Below are positions 42,577 through 52,404 of a DNA stretch of 64,000 bases, piece by piece; position 1 is the stretch's first letter, and each line of letters begins with the position of its first letter. The position numbers and the translations under genes are program-made. The notes under the pieces are model-generated. The model was not told where the DNA came from. It did no database searches and was given only the letters and a program-made list of their open reading frames with translations. Origin of the DNA: a virus; IMG/VR virus record IMGVR_UViG_3300026484_000351, positions 1 to 64,000 of that record. One strand, written 5' to 3'.

Positions 42577-43176
42577 TTATATAATATTATTTTTAAGATT
42601 TTCTTGTACAGATTTTAACATCTTTCTTCTATTACTATACATTTTCATACTAAAATGATGTATTATAGATATTAAATCCTGTGTTAATTCAGTTTGAAAA
42701 TCTTCTTCTTTGGTAAAATTTATATATACTATATCTGTTCCATAACTACTAAACCATTTTTCTATATAATTATAGCCAAATCTAGTAAGTCTATCTTTAT
42801 AAGAAATATATATAGTATCTATATTACCATTTTGTACTTCTTTAATAAGAGCATTAAAACCCTTCCTATCTTCATTCATTCCAGAAGCTATATCTTTATA
42901 TACCTTATCTACTATAATACCTTTAGAAGCAATAAATTCCCTTAATATTTTTTCTTGCTTTTCTAAGTCTTCTTTTTGTTTAGTATTACTTACTCTACAA
43001 TATATAACTTGATTTTTATCTTTGGGTTTTGTGAGCATTAAACTATCTATATCATATAAGAAATTCCTACTATTTAATTCTTTGTATTTAACCTTTCCTT
43101 GTCTTCTATAATTATTTAAAGTTTGACTTGTAATGCCCAAAATCTCTTTTATTTTCTTAGCGTTTATATAACTCAT
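42577..43176 (-). CDS. tnpA: IS607 serine transposase
   Basis: N-terminal MerR-like HTH, YCRVSN...Q, DIASG and DRLTRFG motifs. Confidence 0.93.
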   Translation of the reverse strand: MSYINAKKIKEILGITSQTLNNYRRQGKVKYKELNSRNFLYDIDSLMLTKPKDKNQVIYCRVSNTKQKEDLEKQEKILREFIASKGIIVDKVYKDIASGMNEDRKGFNALIKEVQNGNIDTIYISYKDRLTRFGYNYIEKWFSSYGTDIVYINFTKEEDFQTELTQDLISIIHHFSMKMYSNRRKMLKSVQENLKNNII

Positions 43177-43390
43177 TTATTTCCTTTTATATTTATTTAT
43201 ATATTAAGTAATTTTATTATATAATTTATTATAGATAGAAAGTTATTAATTATAGGTGCAAAATAATGTTTATTATTGGAGAAAAAGGTCCGGCACCTCT
43301 TAAAGGTACTATTGCTTATGTTACTAATTATGATTTATGGATAAATTGCAATTTAGAAGAAATCCCTAGTAAATATCCGGAGGTATATAT

Positions 43391-43870
43391 TTGAAAATAA
43401 ATGAATTAAAAATAACTCACACCAATGGAGATTTATATTCCGGATATACGATTGAACTTAACAATATTACTAAATATTTTGAACACAATGAGAAATTTCA
43501 AGAAGCAGGAATGTTCACAACTAGAAAAATGAAACAACTTTTAGAGGACCCAGAATTCCTAGACTTTGTAATAAGTAATTACAAGTCTTCAGAACCAGTT
43601 GTTGATTTTGATTCTCTAATAGTAGAAAAGGGAGTATCAAAATCAATGCAGGTGCTATTTTATCGTTCTAGAATAGCAATGAATTATTTTGGAGTGATAA
43701 CCGAAATGTTAATGAAACTCCGAAATCGAAAAACGATTTTAATTAAACTAGAAGACCCCTTAAAAAACTTTAATATAGAAACAATCGTAAAACTACAAAA
43801 TAAAGAAGAAATGAAGGAGTTTTTTGATTATCAATATATTGAAAACAAATACCCGGAGATGTATATATGA
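43391..43870 (+). CDS. PE-tail family protein
   Basis: Ends KYPEMYI. Confidence 0.7.
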   Translation: MKINELKITHTNGDLYSGYTIELNNITKYFEHNEKFQEAGMFTTRKMKQLLEDPEFLDFVISNYKSSEPVVDFDSLIVEKGVSKSMQVLFYRSRIAMNYFGVITEMLMKLRNRKTILIKLEDPLKNFNIETIVKLQNKEEMKEFFDYQYIENKYPEMYI

Positions 43871-44133
43871 AAAAAAGAGAAGTATTAAAAGGTGATTATG
43901 TTTTAATAAAAGACCGTAATGATATTCAGCATGTTGTAAGAGTAGATGCTGTTGTAAAAATAGATACGATAAAACCTTCAAAAAAAGTCCAAGCGTATGC
44001 AAGTACTATTATTAAAAGTATAGATAAAAGTAATCTTAATACCACCACATTTTATGATAAAGATGTACAACTAATATTAGGAGCTATAAATGCTCGAACA
44101 CTAGAAACAGAATATCCTGAGATATTTCTATGA
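43867..44133 (+). CDS. PE-tail family protein
   Basis: KGDYVLI; ends EYPEIFL. Confidence 0.7.
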   Translation: MKKREVLKGDYVLIKDRNDIQHVVRVDAVVKIDTIKPSKKVQAYASTIIKSIDKSNLNTTTFYDKDVQLILGAINARTLETEYPEIFL

Positions 44134-44399
44134 TTGGTAAATTTGTATTAATAAAAACAGATAATATTATTGAAAAAGGTTCGAAGCACTCAGAAGATCA
44201 ACCTTGTTATTTTGTGGTAAATATAATAGAAAAGAGTAAAATTGGCAGAGATTGGAAATCAAAAGTTCTTTGGTTTTATGATGTTGCATATAATGAATTA
44301 CATTTTTTTAAAAAAGATATATTGTTTGAATTTGAAAAAGAACCATCTTGGAGAGAGATGGAAAACATGGAAGGAACACATCCAGAGTACTGGTTATAA
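44130..44399 (+). CDS. PE-tail family protein
   Basis: Ends THPEYWL. Confidence 0.7.
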   Translation: MIGKFVLIKTDNIIEKGSKHSEDQPCYFVVNIIEKSKIGRDWKSKVLWFYDVAYNELHFFKKDILFEFEKEPSWREMENMEGTHPEYWL

Positions 44400-44421
44400 A
44401 GGATTAAAAATAGTTTATGCA

Positions 44422-44742
44422 ATGGTAGATGACCAACTGAATATTTTAAAAATATATTCAGAAAAGGGTTTAGATGACATTAGAAAATTAAGAACTATCC
44501 ATGTAAGTAAATTTGAAAAATTAAAATTTAATGGAAATTATGGAAGTTCAACTGTTTTTCCGTTTTATGATATTAATGAGGCAAAAATAGTTACTGCTAT
44601 TAAACAGGTTCAGGGATTAAAGGAACAAGCAATTAATTATGAGAATAACGACTGGAAAATTAATGAAAATTTCAAAAGTATAGATAAAACTCAAGAGTGG
44701 TTGAAAAAGAAGGAAAAAATTTATCCAGAGTACTTCGTTTAA
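44422..44742 (+). CDS. PE-tail family protein (start uncertain)
   Basis: Ends IYPEYFV; the track start at 44242 overlaps the previous gene. Confidence 0.6.
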   Translation: MVDDQLNILKIYSEKGLDDIRKLRTIHVSKFEKLKFNGNYGSSTVFPFYDINEAKIVTAIKQVQGLKEQAINYENNDWKINENFKSIDKTQEWLKKKEKIYPEYFV

Positions 44743-45022
44743 TCTTATTTTAATATTTATTATGTTATAATTATTATAGAAAAACACATAAAGGTTATAT
44801 AATGACAAAAGCGATAAACAACTACAGAATAAGTATTAATTCAAATGACAGATTAACTGGAGAGTTTACAGGTGGAAAAGAATATTTTGAAACTGAAGCA
44901 GAAGCAGTGATAGTTTTTAATAAATTTGTTTTATAAGAATTAGCACCAAATAATAACTTTCTATTTATAGAGAAATATATAAAAATGAAATTTTAGCAAG
45001 TTTTGATACAACAGGAATATAA

Positions 45023-45643
45023 ATGATACATAATTTTTTAATAGAGTCTTTGAATGATATTGAAGGTATTAATAAAATACAGCATAAACTACAAGATACT
45101 TTGTTAAGACCAGCAAAAATCCCTAAGGGAACAGCGGCATTATATTTTAGTGCAAGTGAACTTTCTCGAATAGTTACTAAATTTTTAGATATTAAAAAGA
45201 AGTTTATTGAATTAGATTTATTTAAAGATGAGTTTGATAGATGTAATTATTTTAAAGTTTCTGAATTAGATACACTTACTTTAATAGAACATAATTTGAT
45301 GCTTTGGGATTTAAATTATGAAAGTTTATTTGCCACTTTAAAGTATGAAATAAACGATTTAACAGAAAGAATAAAAAGAGCACCATTAAATTGGTATAAT
45401 AAGCATGCTTATTTAATAAATAATGAGACTTATATTGACAAAAAATATTTTAGTATTTACAGAATAGTTGATAAAAATTGGGATACTTTAACAATCACCT
45501 TAGAATGTTGTAAGTATAGTACCCATTCGAAAAGTCTTTCAATAGATATAGTTAAAATTAAATGTGATAGTATTAGAGATATATATCAAGAACAGTTTTT
45601 AAGTGAAGAAATAGGGAAGATTTACCCCGAATGGTTTTTATAA
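45023..45643 (+). CDS. PE-tail family protein
   Basis: Ends IYPEWFL. Confidence 0.7.
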   Translation: MIHNFLIESLNDIEGINKIQHKLQDTLLRPAKIPKGTAALYFSASELSRIVTKFLDIKKKFIELDLFKDEFDRCNYFKVSELDTLTLIEHNLMLWDLNYESLFATLKYEINDLTERIKRAPLNWYNKHAYLINNETYIDKKYFSIYRIVDKNWDTLTITLECCKYSTHSKSLSIDIVKIKCDSIRDIYQEQFLSEEIGKIYPEWFL

Positions 45644-45652
45644 GGAGAAATA

Positions 45653-46996
45653 GTGGAAAAAGCAACAGTAGAGAAATTATATAACGAGCAGGATAGGGAA
45701 TGTATAGATTCCACCTTTGCTAATATGTTTTCTAGTCCAGCATACAGAGAAGATTATGTTTTTTATGCTCATATATTGGCGCAATGTAAAGTAATTATGA
45801 CAAGCGATGTTGATTTAGCAGGAGTAAATTTTACAATTAACAAGTATAACCTTTTTATTAATCCAGAAAGATTTCTTGAATTACCCCTTTTGGAAAGAAT
45901 GTCAGTACTTAAACACGAATCGCTTCATATTCTTTATGGGCATATTTCAAGAAAGGGAGACAGAAACCATAAATTATTCAATAACTCTTCAGATGTTGCA
46001 ATTAACCAGCTTATCACGAGAGAACATTTACCTGAAGGCTGTCTTTACCCTGATACTCTTGAAAAGGCTCTAAAGGAACAAGGTTATAAAATAAAAGTAC
46101 CTGAAATGCTTTCAGCAGAACATTATTATGATTTACTTCCTTCAGAAATAAAAGATAATGCCGAGAATGGACAATGTAATAGTGGAGAAGGAAATCCTCA
46201 AAATTGTGAAAAATGTGGTGGAGCTGGTAAAGAAGAAGACGGAAAACCTTGTAAACATTGTAATGGAACGGGTAAAGAATTCTACAAAGGTTTATTTAAA
46301 GATAATCCACTTGATGACCATAGCAAATGGAATGAGTCAGAAGGAGAATCTGACTTACAACAGGACATCACAAAAAGAATGATTGATAAAAGTATTGAAA
46401 AATCAAGAGGAAACACGCCTTCTCATTTAGAGTATTTTATGGAATTATGGGGGAAAAAAGCACAAATTAGTTGGAAAAAAGTTCTTAGAAATATCGCAAG
46501 TAATAAAAAAGCAAATAAAGTAACAACTATTATGAGAAAATCAAGACGGTTCCCAAATAGACTTGAAATTAGAGGCCATAAGAAAGACAAAATCTTTGAT
46601 ATTGTAGTTATATTAGATGTTTCGGGGAGTATGTCAGATAAAGAAATTATTACTGGACTGGCAGAAATTCGTGAAGTAGCAAAACTTACGGCAAGTACTG
46701 TTAAAATTATTCAAGTTGATACAGAAGTGCATGCAGTAGAGGATTTTACGCCAGGCAAATTTAATAGAAGTGCAGGTGGTGGAACAGAAATGCTACCAGG
46801 ATTTAGATACATTAAGGAGAATAAGGTATCGCATGATGCTATTATTTTAATTACAGATGGATGGATAGAGGATATTTCATACTGGGCAAAAGAAGGTGTA
46901 GCACCAAAATGTCCTTTAATGATTCTTAGCACTGAAGCAGATATTGATGTTTCAGGATACAGAAATTATAGATTTTTCAAACTAGATCAAGCGTAG
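45653..46996 (+). CDS. Metallopeptidase-VWA protein (DUF2201-like), MoxR partner, with DnaJ-like Zn finger
   Basis: HESLH, N...D.AIN, CEKCGGAG...CKHCNGTG, DDHSKW, MIDAS DVSGSM, GGGT and ITDG motifs. Confidence 0.88.
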   Translation: MEKATVEKLYNEQDRECIDSTFANMFSSPAYREDYVFYAHILAQCKVIMTSDVDLAGVNFTINKYNLFINPERFLELPLLERMSVLKHESLHILYGHISRKGDRNHKLFNNSSDVAINQLITREHLPEGCLYPDTLEKALKEQGYKIKVPEMLSAEHYYDLLPSEIKDNAENGQCNSGEGNPQNCEKCGGAGKEEDGKPCKHCNGTGKEFYKGLFKDNPLDDHSKWNESEGESDLQQDITKRMIDKSIEKSRGNTPSHLEYFMELWGKKAQISWKKVLRNIASNKKANKVTTIMRKSRRFPNRLEIRGHKKDKIFDIVVILDVSGSMSDKEIITGLAEIREVAKLTASTVKIIQVDTEVHAVEDFTPGKFNRSAGGGTEMLPGFRYIKENKVSHDAIILITDGWIEDISYWAKEGVAPKCPLMILSTEADIDVSGYRNYRFFKLDQA

Positions 46997-47006
46997 GAAA
47001 AACATT

Positions 47007-47270
47007 ATGAATTATTATGAAAATGCTAATATGCAATTTGAAAAAAGAGAACCAATTAGATATTATTTTGATGGTAAAGATCTCAAAGGAATTTATAATA
47101 TAGATTCTGGAAAAAATCTAAAAAAATCTATTTTAAAAAGAAAATTCAAGATAGGCTCATTAAAAAGTGTTGATATAGCCGAATATAGAGAACTAGGATT
47201 ATTTCATAGTTATCATAAAAGTATTTCAAAAGAAAAGGCAGAAAAATTATATCCAGAATTTTTTATATAA
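47007..47270 (+). CDS. PE-tail family protein
   Basis: Ends LYPEFFI. Confidence 0.7.
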   Translation: MNYYENANMQFEKREPIRYYFDGKDLKGIYNIDSGKNLKKSILKRKFKIGSLKSVDIAEYRELGLFHSYHKSISKEKAEKLYPEFFI

Positions 47271-47279
47271 GGAAAAAAT

Positions 47280-47561
47280 ATGAGTTTAAAGAATATTAAA
47301 GTATTTAATCAAAATGAATATATTGGTAAAATTATCAAACTTCAAATGAAAGGTACTAACAATATAGGTTTTTATGAAGTTGTTAAATTTAACAGTTATA
47401 TATCTTGTAGATTAATTTATACTATTGAGAAAGGAACAATAAGAAAACAATTTAAAACTAATAGATGTGTCTTATTTGACATTAAAGATTTTTTTAATAG
47501 TGAATTCTTAAATTGTAAACCAGAGGAATTTGAAATTAAATACCCTGAATATTTTATATAG
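47280..47561 (+). CDS. PE-tail family protein
   Basis: Ends KYPEYFI. Confidence 0.7.
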   Translation: MSLKNIKVFNQNEYIGKIIKLQMKGTNNIGFYEVVKFNSYISCRLIYTIEKGTIRKQFKTNRCVLFDIKDFFNSEFLNCKPEEFEIKYPEYFI

Positions 47562-47569
47562 GAGAGAAA

Positions 47570-47785
47570 ATGAATGAATTAGATAAATATTTTAATAAAA
47601 AAATGTCATTCAAAGACATATTTACTAAAGATGGAAGTGGTTCTTTTAGTGAAGATTTTGATGTCCGTACTATAAAGGACAGAAAAATGGAAAATATAAA
47701 AAATTATATCAAAGAACATTATGATATGAGTTTGGATGAATTAGATGAATTTATAATGAAATATGAACCTGAAAGGACTGTATAA
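47570..47785 (+). CDS. Divergent PE-tail protein
   Basis: Ends KYEPERTV. Confidence 0.55.
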   Translation: MNELDKYFNKKMSFKDIFTKDGSGSFSEDFDVRTIKDRKMENIKNYIKEHYDMSLDELDEFIMKYEPERTV

Positions 47786-48228
47786 TGGGTAAAATCTTAT
47801 ACGCAATTAAACCAATAGGTGTCACAAAGGGGTTTGGGCGAGTATATAACAAACAGTTATATATTGGTAAGTATGAAGTTATTAATGGTACTGACATTAA
47901 ATTAGTAGAAGTGCAGGACTTTAATAAAAATATAATTAAAAGACATTCATTTCCAGCGTCACTAAAATATGGCTCATACAATGGAATACAAACAGAAGAT
48001 GTTGGTAGTGAAAATATCTATTCTGGAATGCCCAACACCAATTCGGTAATATTATTTGTAACATTAGTCGAAGCCAAATTACAAAAATTAATAGATATAA
48101 AATATATTAAGATATATTTTGAAAAGGAACTAAGAAAACTTCAAGAAAGAGCAGAAAATAATCTACCTAAAAATATTGAAGAAATTTTTGAGGAATATAG
48201 TGGTAAATACCCGGAATATTTAATATGA
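47785..48228 (+). CDS. PE-tail family protein
   Basis: Ends KYPEYLI. Confidence 0.7.
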   Translation: MGKILYAIKPIGVTKGFGRVYNKQLYIGKYEVINGTDIKLVEVQDFNKNIIKRHSFPASLKYGSYNGIQTEDVGSENIYSGMPNTNSVILFVTLVEAKLQKLIDIKYIKIYFEKELRKLQERAENNLPKNIEEIFEEYSGKYPEYLI

Positions 48229-48788
48229 TTAATTCAGGTGAGCATTTTGAAAATTATATTAGTCACAAAGATATTAAAATTTATTTTGATAACAATAAAG
48301 ATAAAACCCAAATGAAATTATTTACCTCTTATTATGGATATATAACTGTTAATGGCAGAAAAACATCCCTTCAAGAAGATTATAAAGTTGAACCAGTTGA
48401 AATTGTATTATCTGTAGAAAATAAAGAACTTTGTGACCCGTTCAGAAATATGGATAATCTTATGAATGGATTAGATGAAAAACATAATACAGGTTTAAGC
48501 TCAGATAGTTTTAAAAACCCCGAGTTGACAGAATGGCAACCTTTACCCAAAGATACATTAACCTATTTTGATTGGCATGTAACTTTAACAACTCAAAATT
48601 CAGATATAGAAATTGATAAAGGAATTATAGAAAGACTTAAATTTTTTCATACAATGGAACAGGCAGAAATGAATTATATTAAAATGATGGAATATAAATT
48701 TAAAGAATTAGGAATATTTGAAGCATTTGATAAATATAATGAATTATATAATTCATTAAGTAATAAATATCCTGAAGAATTTATATAA
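48225..48788 (+). CDS. PE-tail family protein
   Basis: Ends KYPEEFI. Confidence 0.7.
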   Translation: MINSGEHFENYISHKDIKIYFDNNKDKTQMKLFTSYYGYITVNGRKTSLQEDYKVEPVEIVLSVENKELCDPFRNMDNLMNGLDEKHNTGLSSDSFKNPELTEWQPLPKDTLTYFDWHVTLTTQNSDIEIDKGIIERLKFFHTMEQAEMNYIKMMEYKFKELGIFEAFDKYNELYNSLSNKYPEEFI

Positions 48789-48828
48789 AAATGAACAATT
48801 ACTTAAAAAACTTTATTTAAGGAACTAT

Positions 48829-49026
48829 ATGAATACAGAAATAATTATTGAACCTTTAAATTTTCAAAGCAATTATTTTATTTGTGAAGTAAGATATAAA
48901 GTTGGTAAAAGTATAGTCGTTGCCGAAGGAATTGTAATGCTTACATTAAAAGACTTAACTAAAACAGTTCCTTTGCATTGTACTTTAAAGAACTTTGAGG
49001 AAGAGCATCCAGAGTTTTTCTTATAA
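48829..49026 (+). CDS. PE-tail family protein
   Basis: Ends EHPEFFL. Confidence 0.65.
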   Translation: MNTEIIIEPLNFQSNYFICEVRYKVGKSIVVAEGIVMLTLKDLTKTVPLHCTLKNFEEEHPEFFL

Positions 49027-49241
49027 CTGGATACAATTATCAGAGAATAAGTGGCATTTTTGAAGATAGAGAAATATATTATAATGTAGAAATTCTTAGG
49101 GAAGAGAATGGATGCAATATTTGAAAATCAATTTGAATCCTAAAACTCTATAATTAAATTAATGAAAAGGGCTGTCCGGAATGTTCTATCTAAAGTTATT
49201 TTAAGGTTATTGTGTTATAATTATATTTACAAAGGACAAAA

Positions 49242-49811
49242 ATGAAACAATATTTTGTAGACATAGACGAAACTTTAATTTTTACTAAAGCTAAAATACA
49301 TATTATTAAAAACAATAAAATTATTAGAAAGTTATCTAATCGAGAATATAATGCATATTCTCTACAGCAAGGCGAGAGTTATGACTTTGTAGAATTTACT
49401 TCTACAAAAATTTTCACTGAGACTTCTCAACCCAATCTAACAATGATAAAAGTCCTTGAAAAAATTAGCAAGGAAACTAAAAATATAGCTTTACTTACAG
49501 CGAGAAGAGATTTTGATGATAAAAAATCTCTTCTTAAGTACCTTAGGACTCATAAGATAAATGTAGGGCATTATAGGGATGGTCAAATTCATATAATCAG
49601 ATCAGGCAATATTACTAATAAACGCACTAACACTGCACAAGCGAAGATTAAAATGATAGACAACATAGTTAAGAAAAACCCTAAAATAACTGAAATTGTT
49701 ATATATGATGACTGTATTAAGAATCTTAACGCCGTTAAACAATATGCTTTAGAAAAAGGTTTGAAGTCTTCAACTTTCAAAGTAAAAGAGGGAAACATAA
49801 ATTTGGTTTAA
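49242..49811 (+). CDS. HAD-superfamily phosphatase
   Basis: DIDETL, LTAR, K and YDD...NL motifs. Confidence 0.85.
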   Translation: MKQYFVDIDETLIFTKAKIHIIKNNKIIRKLSNREYNAYSLQQGESYDFVEFTSTKIFTETSQPNLTMIKVLEKISKETKNIALLTARRDFDDKKSLLKYLRTHKINVGHYRDGQIHIIRSGNITNKRTNTAQAKIKMIDNIVKKNPKITEIVIYDDCIKNLNAVKQYALEKGLKSSTFKVKEGNINLV

Positions 49812-49978
49812 AGTTAATATGTTGCATTTATACAAAAGGGAAAAAATGGAAAAGACAACACCGGTATCTTTAAATCAAGAGACAAACAAAGTGTTTAATG
49901 AAACAATAGAAAATAATTTAGATACAAGAAGCAATTCTTCTAAAACTTTATAATAGAAAAAATGAAAAGGAAGTATTA

Positions 49979-50305
49979 ATGGAAACATTTACATCATCAA
50001 CGGTATTTACTTTATCACTAAGTAATCCTTTAATGGTATTAGGTATGGTAGCAGTATTATGGTCAAAATCATTTAGGAATTTTGTAGAAAATTGGGGATT
50101 CTTATTTATGATTTTGTGTTGGTATTTTTATGGAATTATAGGATGGTTATTGCTTTGGATATTTTATGAATTAGTAGTTTTTATGCATAACAATACTAAA
50201 GCAAAAACTAAAAAAGTTAAGAAAAAGACAAAAGATACTAATGACCAGTTTTTTGATGATTTGAAAAACAAGAAAAGAAAACAAGAAGCAAAAAAATATA
50301 TTTAA
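49979..50305 (+). CDS. Membrane protein with KKYI C-terminus
   Basis: Hydrophobic N-half; ends AKKYI. Confidence 0.6.
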   Translation: METFTSSTVFTLSLSNPLMVLGMVAVLWSKSFRNFVENWGFLFMILCWYFYGIIGWLLLWIFYELVVFMHNNTKAKTKKVKKKTKDTNDQFFDDLKNKKRKQEAKKYI

Positions 50306-50580
50306 GGAAATAGAATGAGTAAAATAATTAAAGGTTTAAGAATAAACCAAGTACCTTCGAAAAATTATATTAATAAAGATGAATATACAAAAGAGTTTAA
50401 TAATGATATAATTCCTGAATATGAATTTTTATATTTGGAAAATGGGAAATTATATAGTGAATGCTTTGCATTAGAATATGGAGAATGTAGTTCGGGATAT
50501 TGTGGCGCAGAATGGATTAAAAAAGGAAATAAAAAACAAGTATCAAGTTTAGGAACATTGCATTATATACTAAAGGAAAA

Positions 50581-50961
50581 TTGGAAATAGATCATTTTAT
50601 TACAAGTAATTATGATGGTAATGATTATTTCATTATTTATGAAAATGACTGTCGATGGTATCCAAATGCCAATATTCAGATAAAATTTGATAATTGGATA
50701 GATACAAAACGAGGCAAAGACAAAAAACAAATTTATATATTTAAGGGACCGAGTGCAATAGGAAAGTCTTATATAGCAAATTCAACTAATTTGGAGGTTT
50801 TTGAAACAGATGGACGACCGTTAAATGAATTAAATATTTCTTTTGATATTATAGTTGTAGGAAACAAACACGGATATACAACAAGAAATATTATATCTGA
50901 GTTTAAGGAGGATAATTTAAAAAATATAGAGTTTATATTAGTTGGATTCAAGAAAATCTAG
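50581..50961 (+). CDS. Small P-loop protein
   Basis: IFKGPSAIGKS. Confidence 0.5.
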   Translation: MEIDHFITSNYDGNDYFIIYENDCRWYPNANIQIKFDNWIDTKRGKDKKQIYIFKGPSAIGKSYIANSTNLEVFETDGRPLNELNISFDIIVVGNKHGYTTRNIISEFKEDNLKNIEFILVGFKKI

Positions 50962-51013
50962 ATTACTAGGTTATTAAGTTAAACAAAGTTATAATATATT
51001 ATAAAGGAATATA

Positions 51014-51439
51014 ATGGTAAGAGAAAAATTAAATCAAGTACCATATTTTAAAAATGTTGAAGAAAGCGACAGCATTTTTGGATTAGTATTTGGTAAAGGC
51101 AAAGTAGCAAATGTATGGGAAAATAGTCATTATACATTTGAAATTGAATTTGAAAATGGATTTACTGTTCCATATACATCAGATGGAATTCCTGGATGGA
51201 GCGGAAAATTGGATTATCAAACAGTGTTTTATTCAGAAGATATAGATTTAACAGATGTTGATTTTAGTCCAAGTGAAGAAGTTCTTAATGTTAAGAAAAT
51301 TATTAAATTAAGAGATAAGGGAAAACTGGATGCTAGGTGTCCTAGTGGAGTTTGGATAAATATTAAACAATGTCCTAATTATATTATAGAAGAATATCTT
51401 GAAAATAACAAATTACATTTATTTAGAAAAGCAAGGTAA
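51014..51439 (+). CDS. Conserved hypothetical protein
   Basis: Own promoter and AAGGA RBS. Confidence 0.6.
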   Translation: MVREKLNQVPYFKNVEESDSIFGLVFGKGKVANVWENSHYTFEIEFENGFTVPYTSDGIPGWSGKLDYQTVFYSEDIDLTDVDFSPSEEVLNVKKIIKLRDKGKLDARCPSGVWINIKQCPNYIIEEYLENNKLHLFRKAR

Positions 51440-52404
51440 TTTAACTTTGTTTTAAGGAAATTATGTTATAATATATTATATAAAAAGAAGGATTACAATA
51501 TGTTGGAACATTATTTTAATATAGTAGAACTTACATTTGAAGAAGTGAAATTAAGAATTAAACAATTATATAAAGATAGAAAATTTTATGGTGAAACTCC
51601 TCAAGAATATCTTAAGGCAGTTGTTTATGAAACTAAAATTAAGGATACTATAATTGTAATGAAAATGGACGGTTTTACAAAAGAAGATAAAGAAAATTTT
51701 TATTGGGACGATTGGAAAGAGATTCAACTAAATGTTTTTAAATGGTTGAATCCCAATACAGGTAATATATTTATAATTGATGGAAGTGAAATAAAATAAT
51801 GGGTACTGCTATTCAAGTTCAAGAAATTATGGAAATAATGAATGAAAGACTTAACAATTTTGAAGTTAATGTTTTTTTCAATAGAGGAAAAGAATACGCA
51901 AGTTGTTATTTAGCAGACTTTAGTGATTATGAAAAAGATCAAGTTCCAGGTGTCCCACCAGCAGGAAGAACACTTAAACAACATAACCTTATTTTAAGTT
52001 TAAACAAAAAAGGAAGGAAATATTGAATAGTTTATTAAAACCGGTAAATATGATTATGTTACATCCAGTATCAATTTTTATTAATATTATGGGTGTTATA
52101 GCATCTGTTTCAGTATTTCCAATATGGGTGAATTTAATATTAATTCTATTAATACTTCCAAATTTTGTAGAACAATACAATAAATTAAGTAGGGTTAGAT
52201 AAGAATAATATTTATTATCTAGTATCCAGAGAAGAATTCAAAAACAATTCTAATTTATTTGGAATAAGCACAAGTCACAAAAATCCAAATAATAAAGGAA
52301 AGGTTACGGTAGTTATTGATGGTGAATATTATCAAATAACCAAAGAAGAATTTGATAATAATAAAACATTATATCAAGGAATACAGAAGGGAAGGAAGGT
52401 AAAT

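Larger units (their letters stand above)
41199..43255 (-). mobile_element. IS607-family element (tnpA + tnpB)
   Basis: Serine recombinase TnpA plus TnpB on the minus strand; ends inferred by restoring the disrupted frame at a GG. Confidence 0.85.
41089..43394 (+). pseudogene. PE-tail gene interrupted by IS607
   Basis: Joining 41089-41198 to 43256-43394 gives an 82-aa ORF MATKTSPGIGDF...DSCRCKIMFIIG...KYPEVYI. Confidence 0.65.

Noticed and set aside
37934-49026. PE tail as a DNA recombination site (integron-like cassettes)
   Set aside because: Synonymous codon and stop-codon variation, no attC-like palindromes and no integrase in the window
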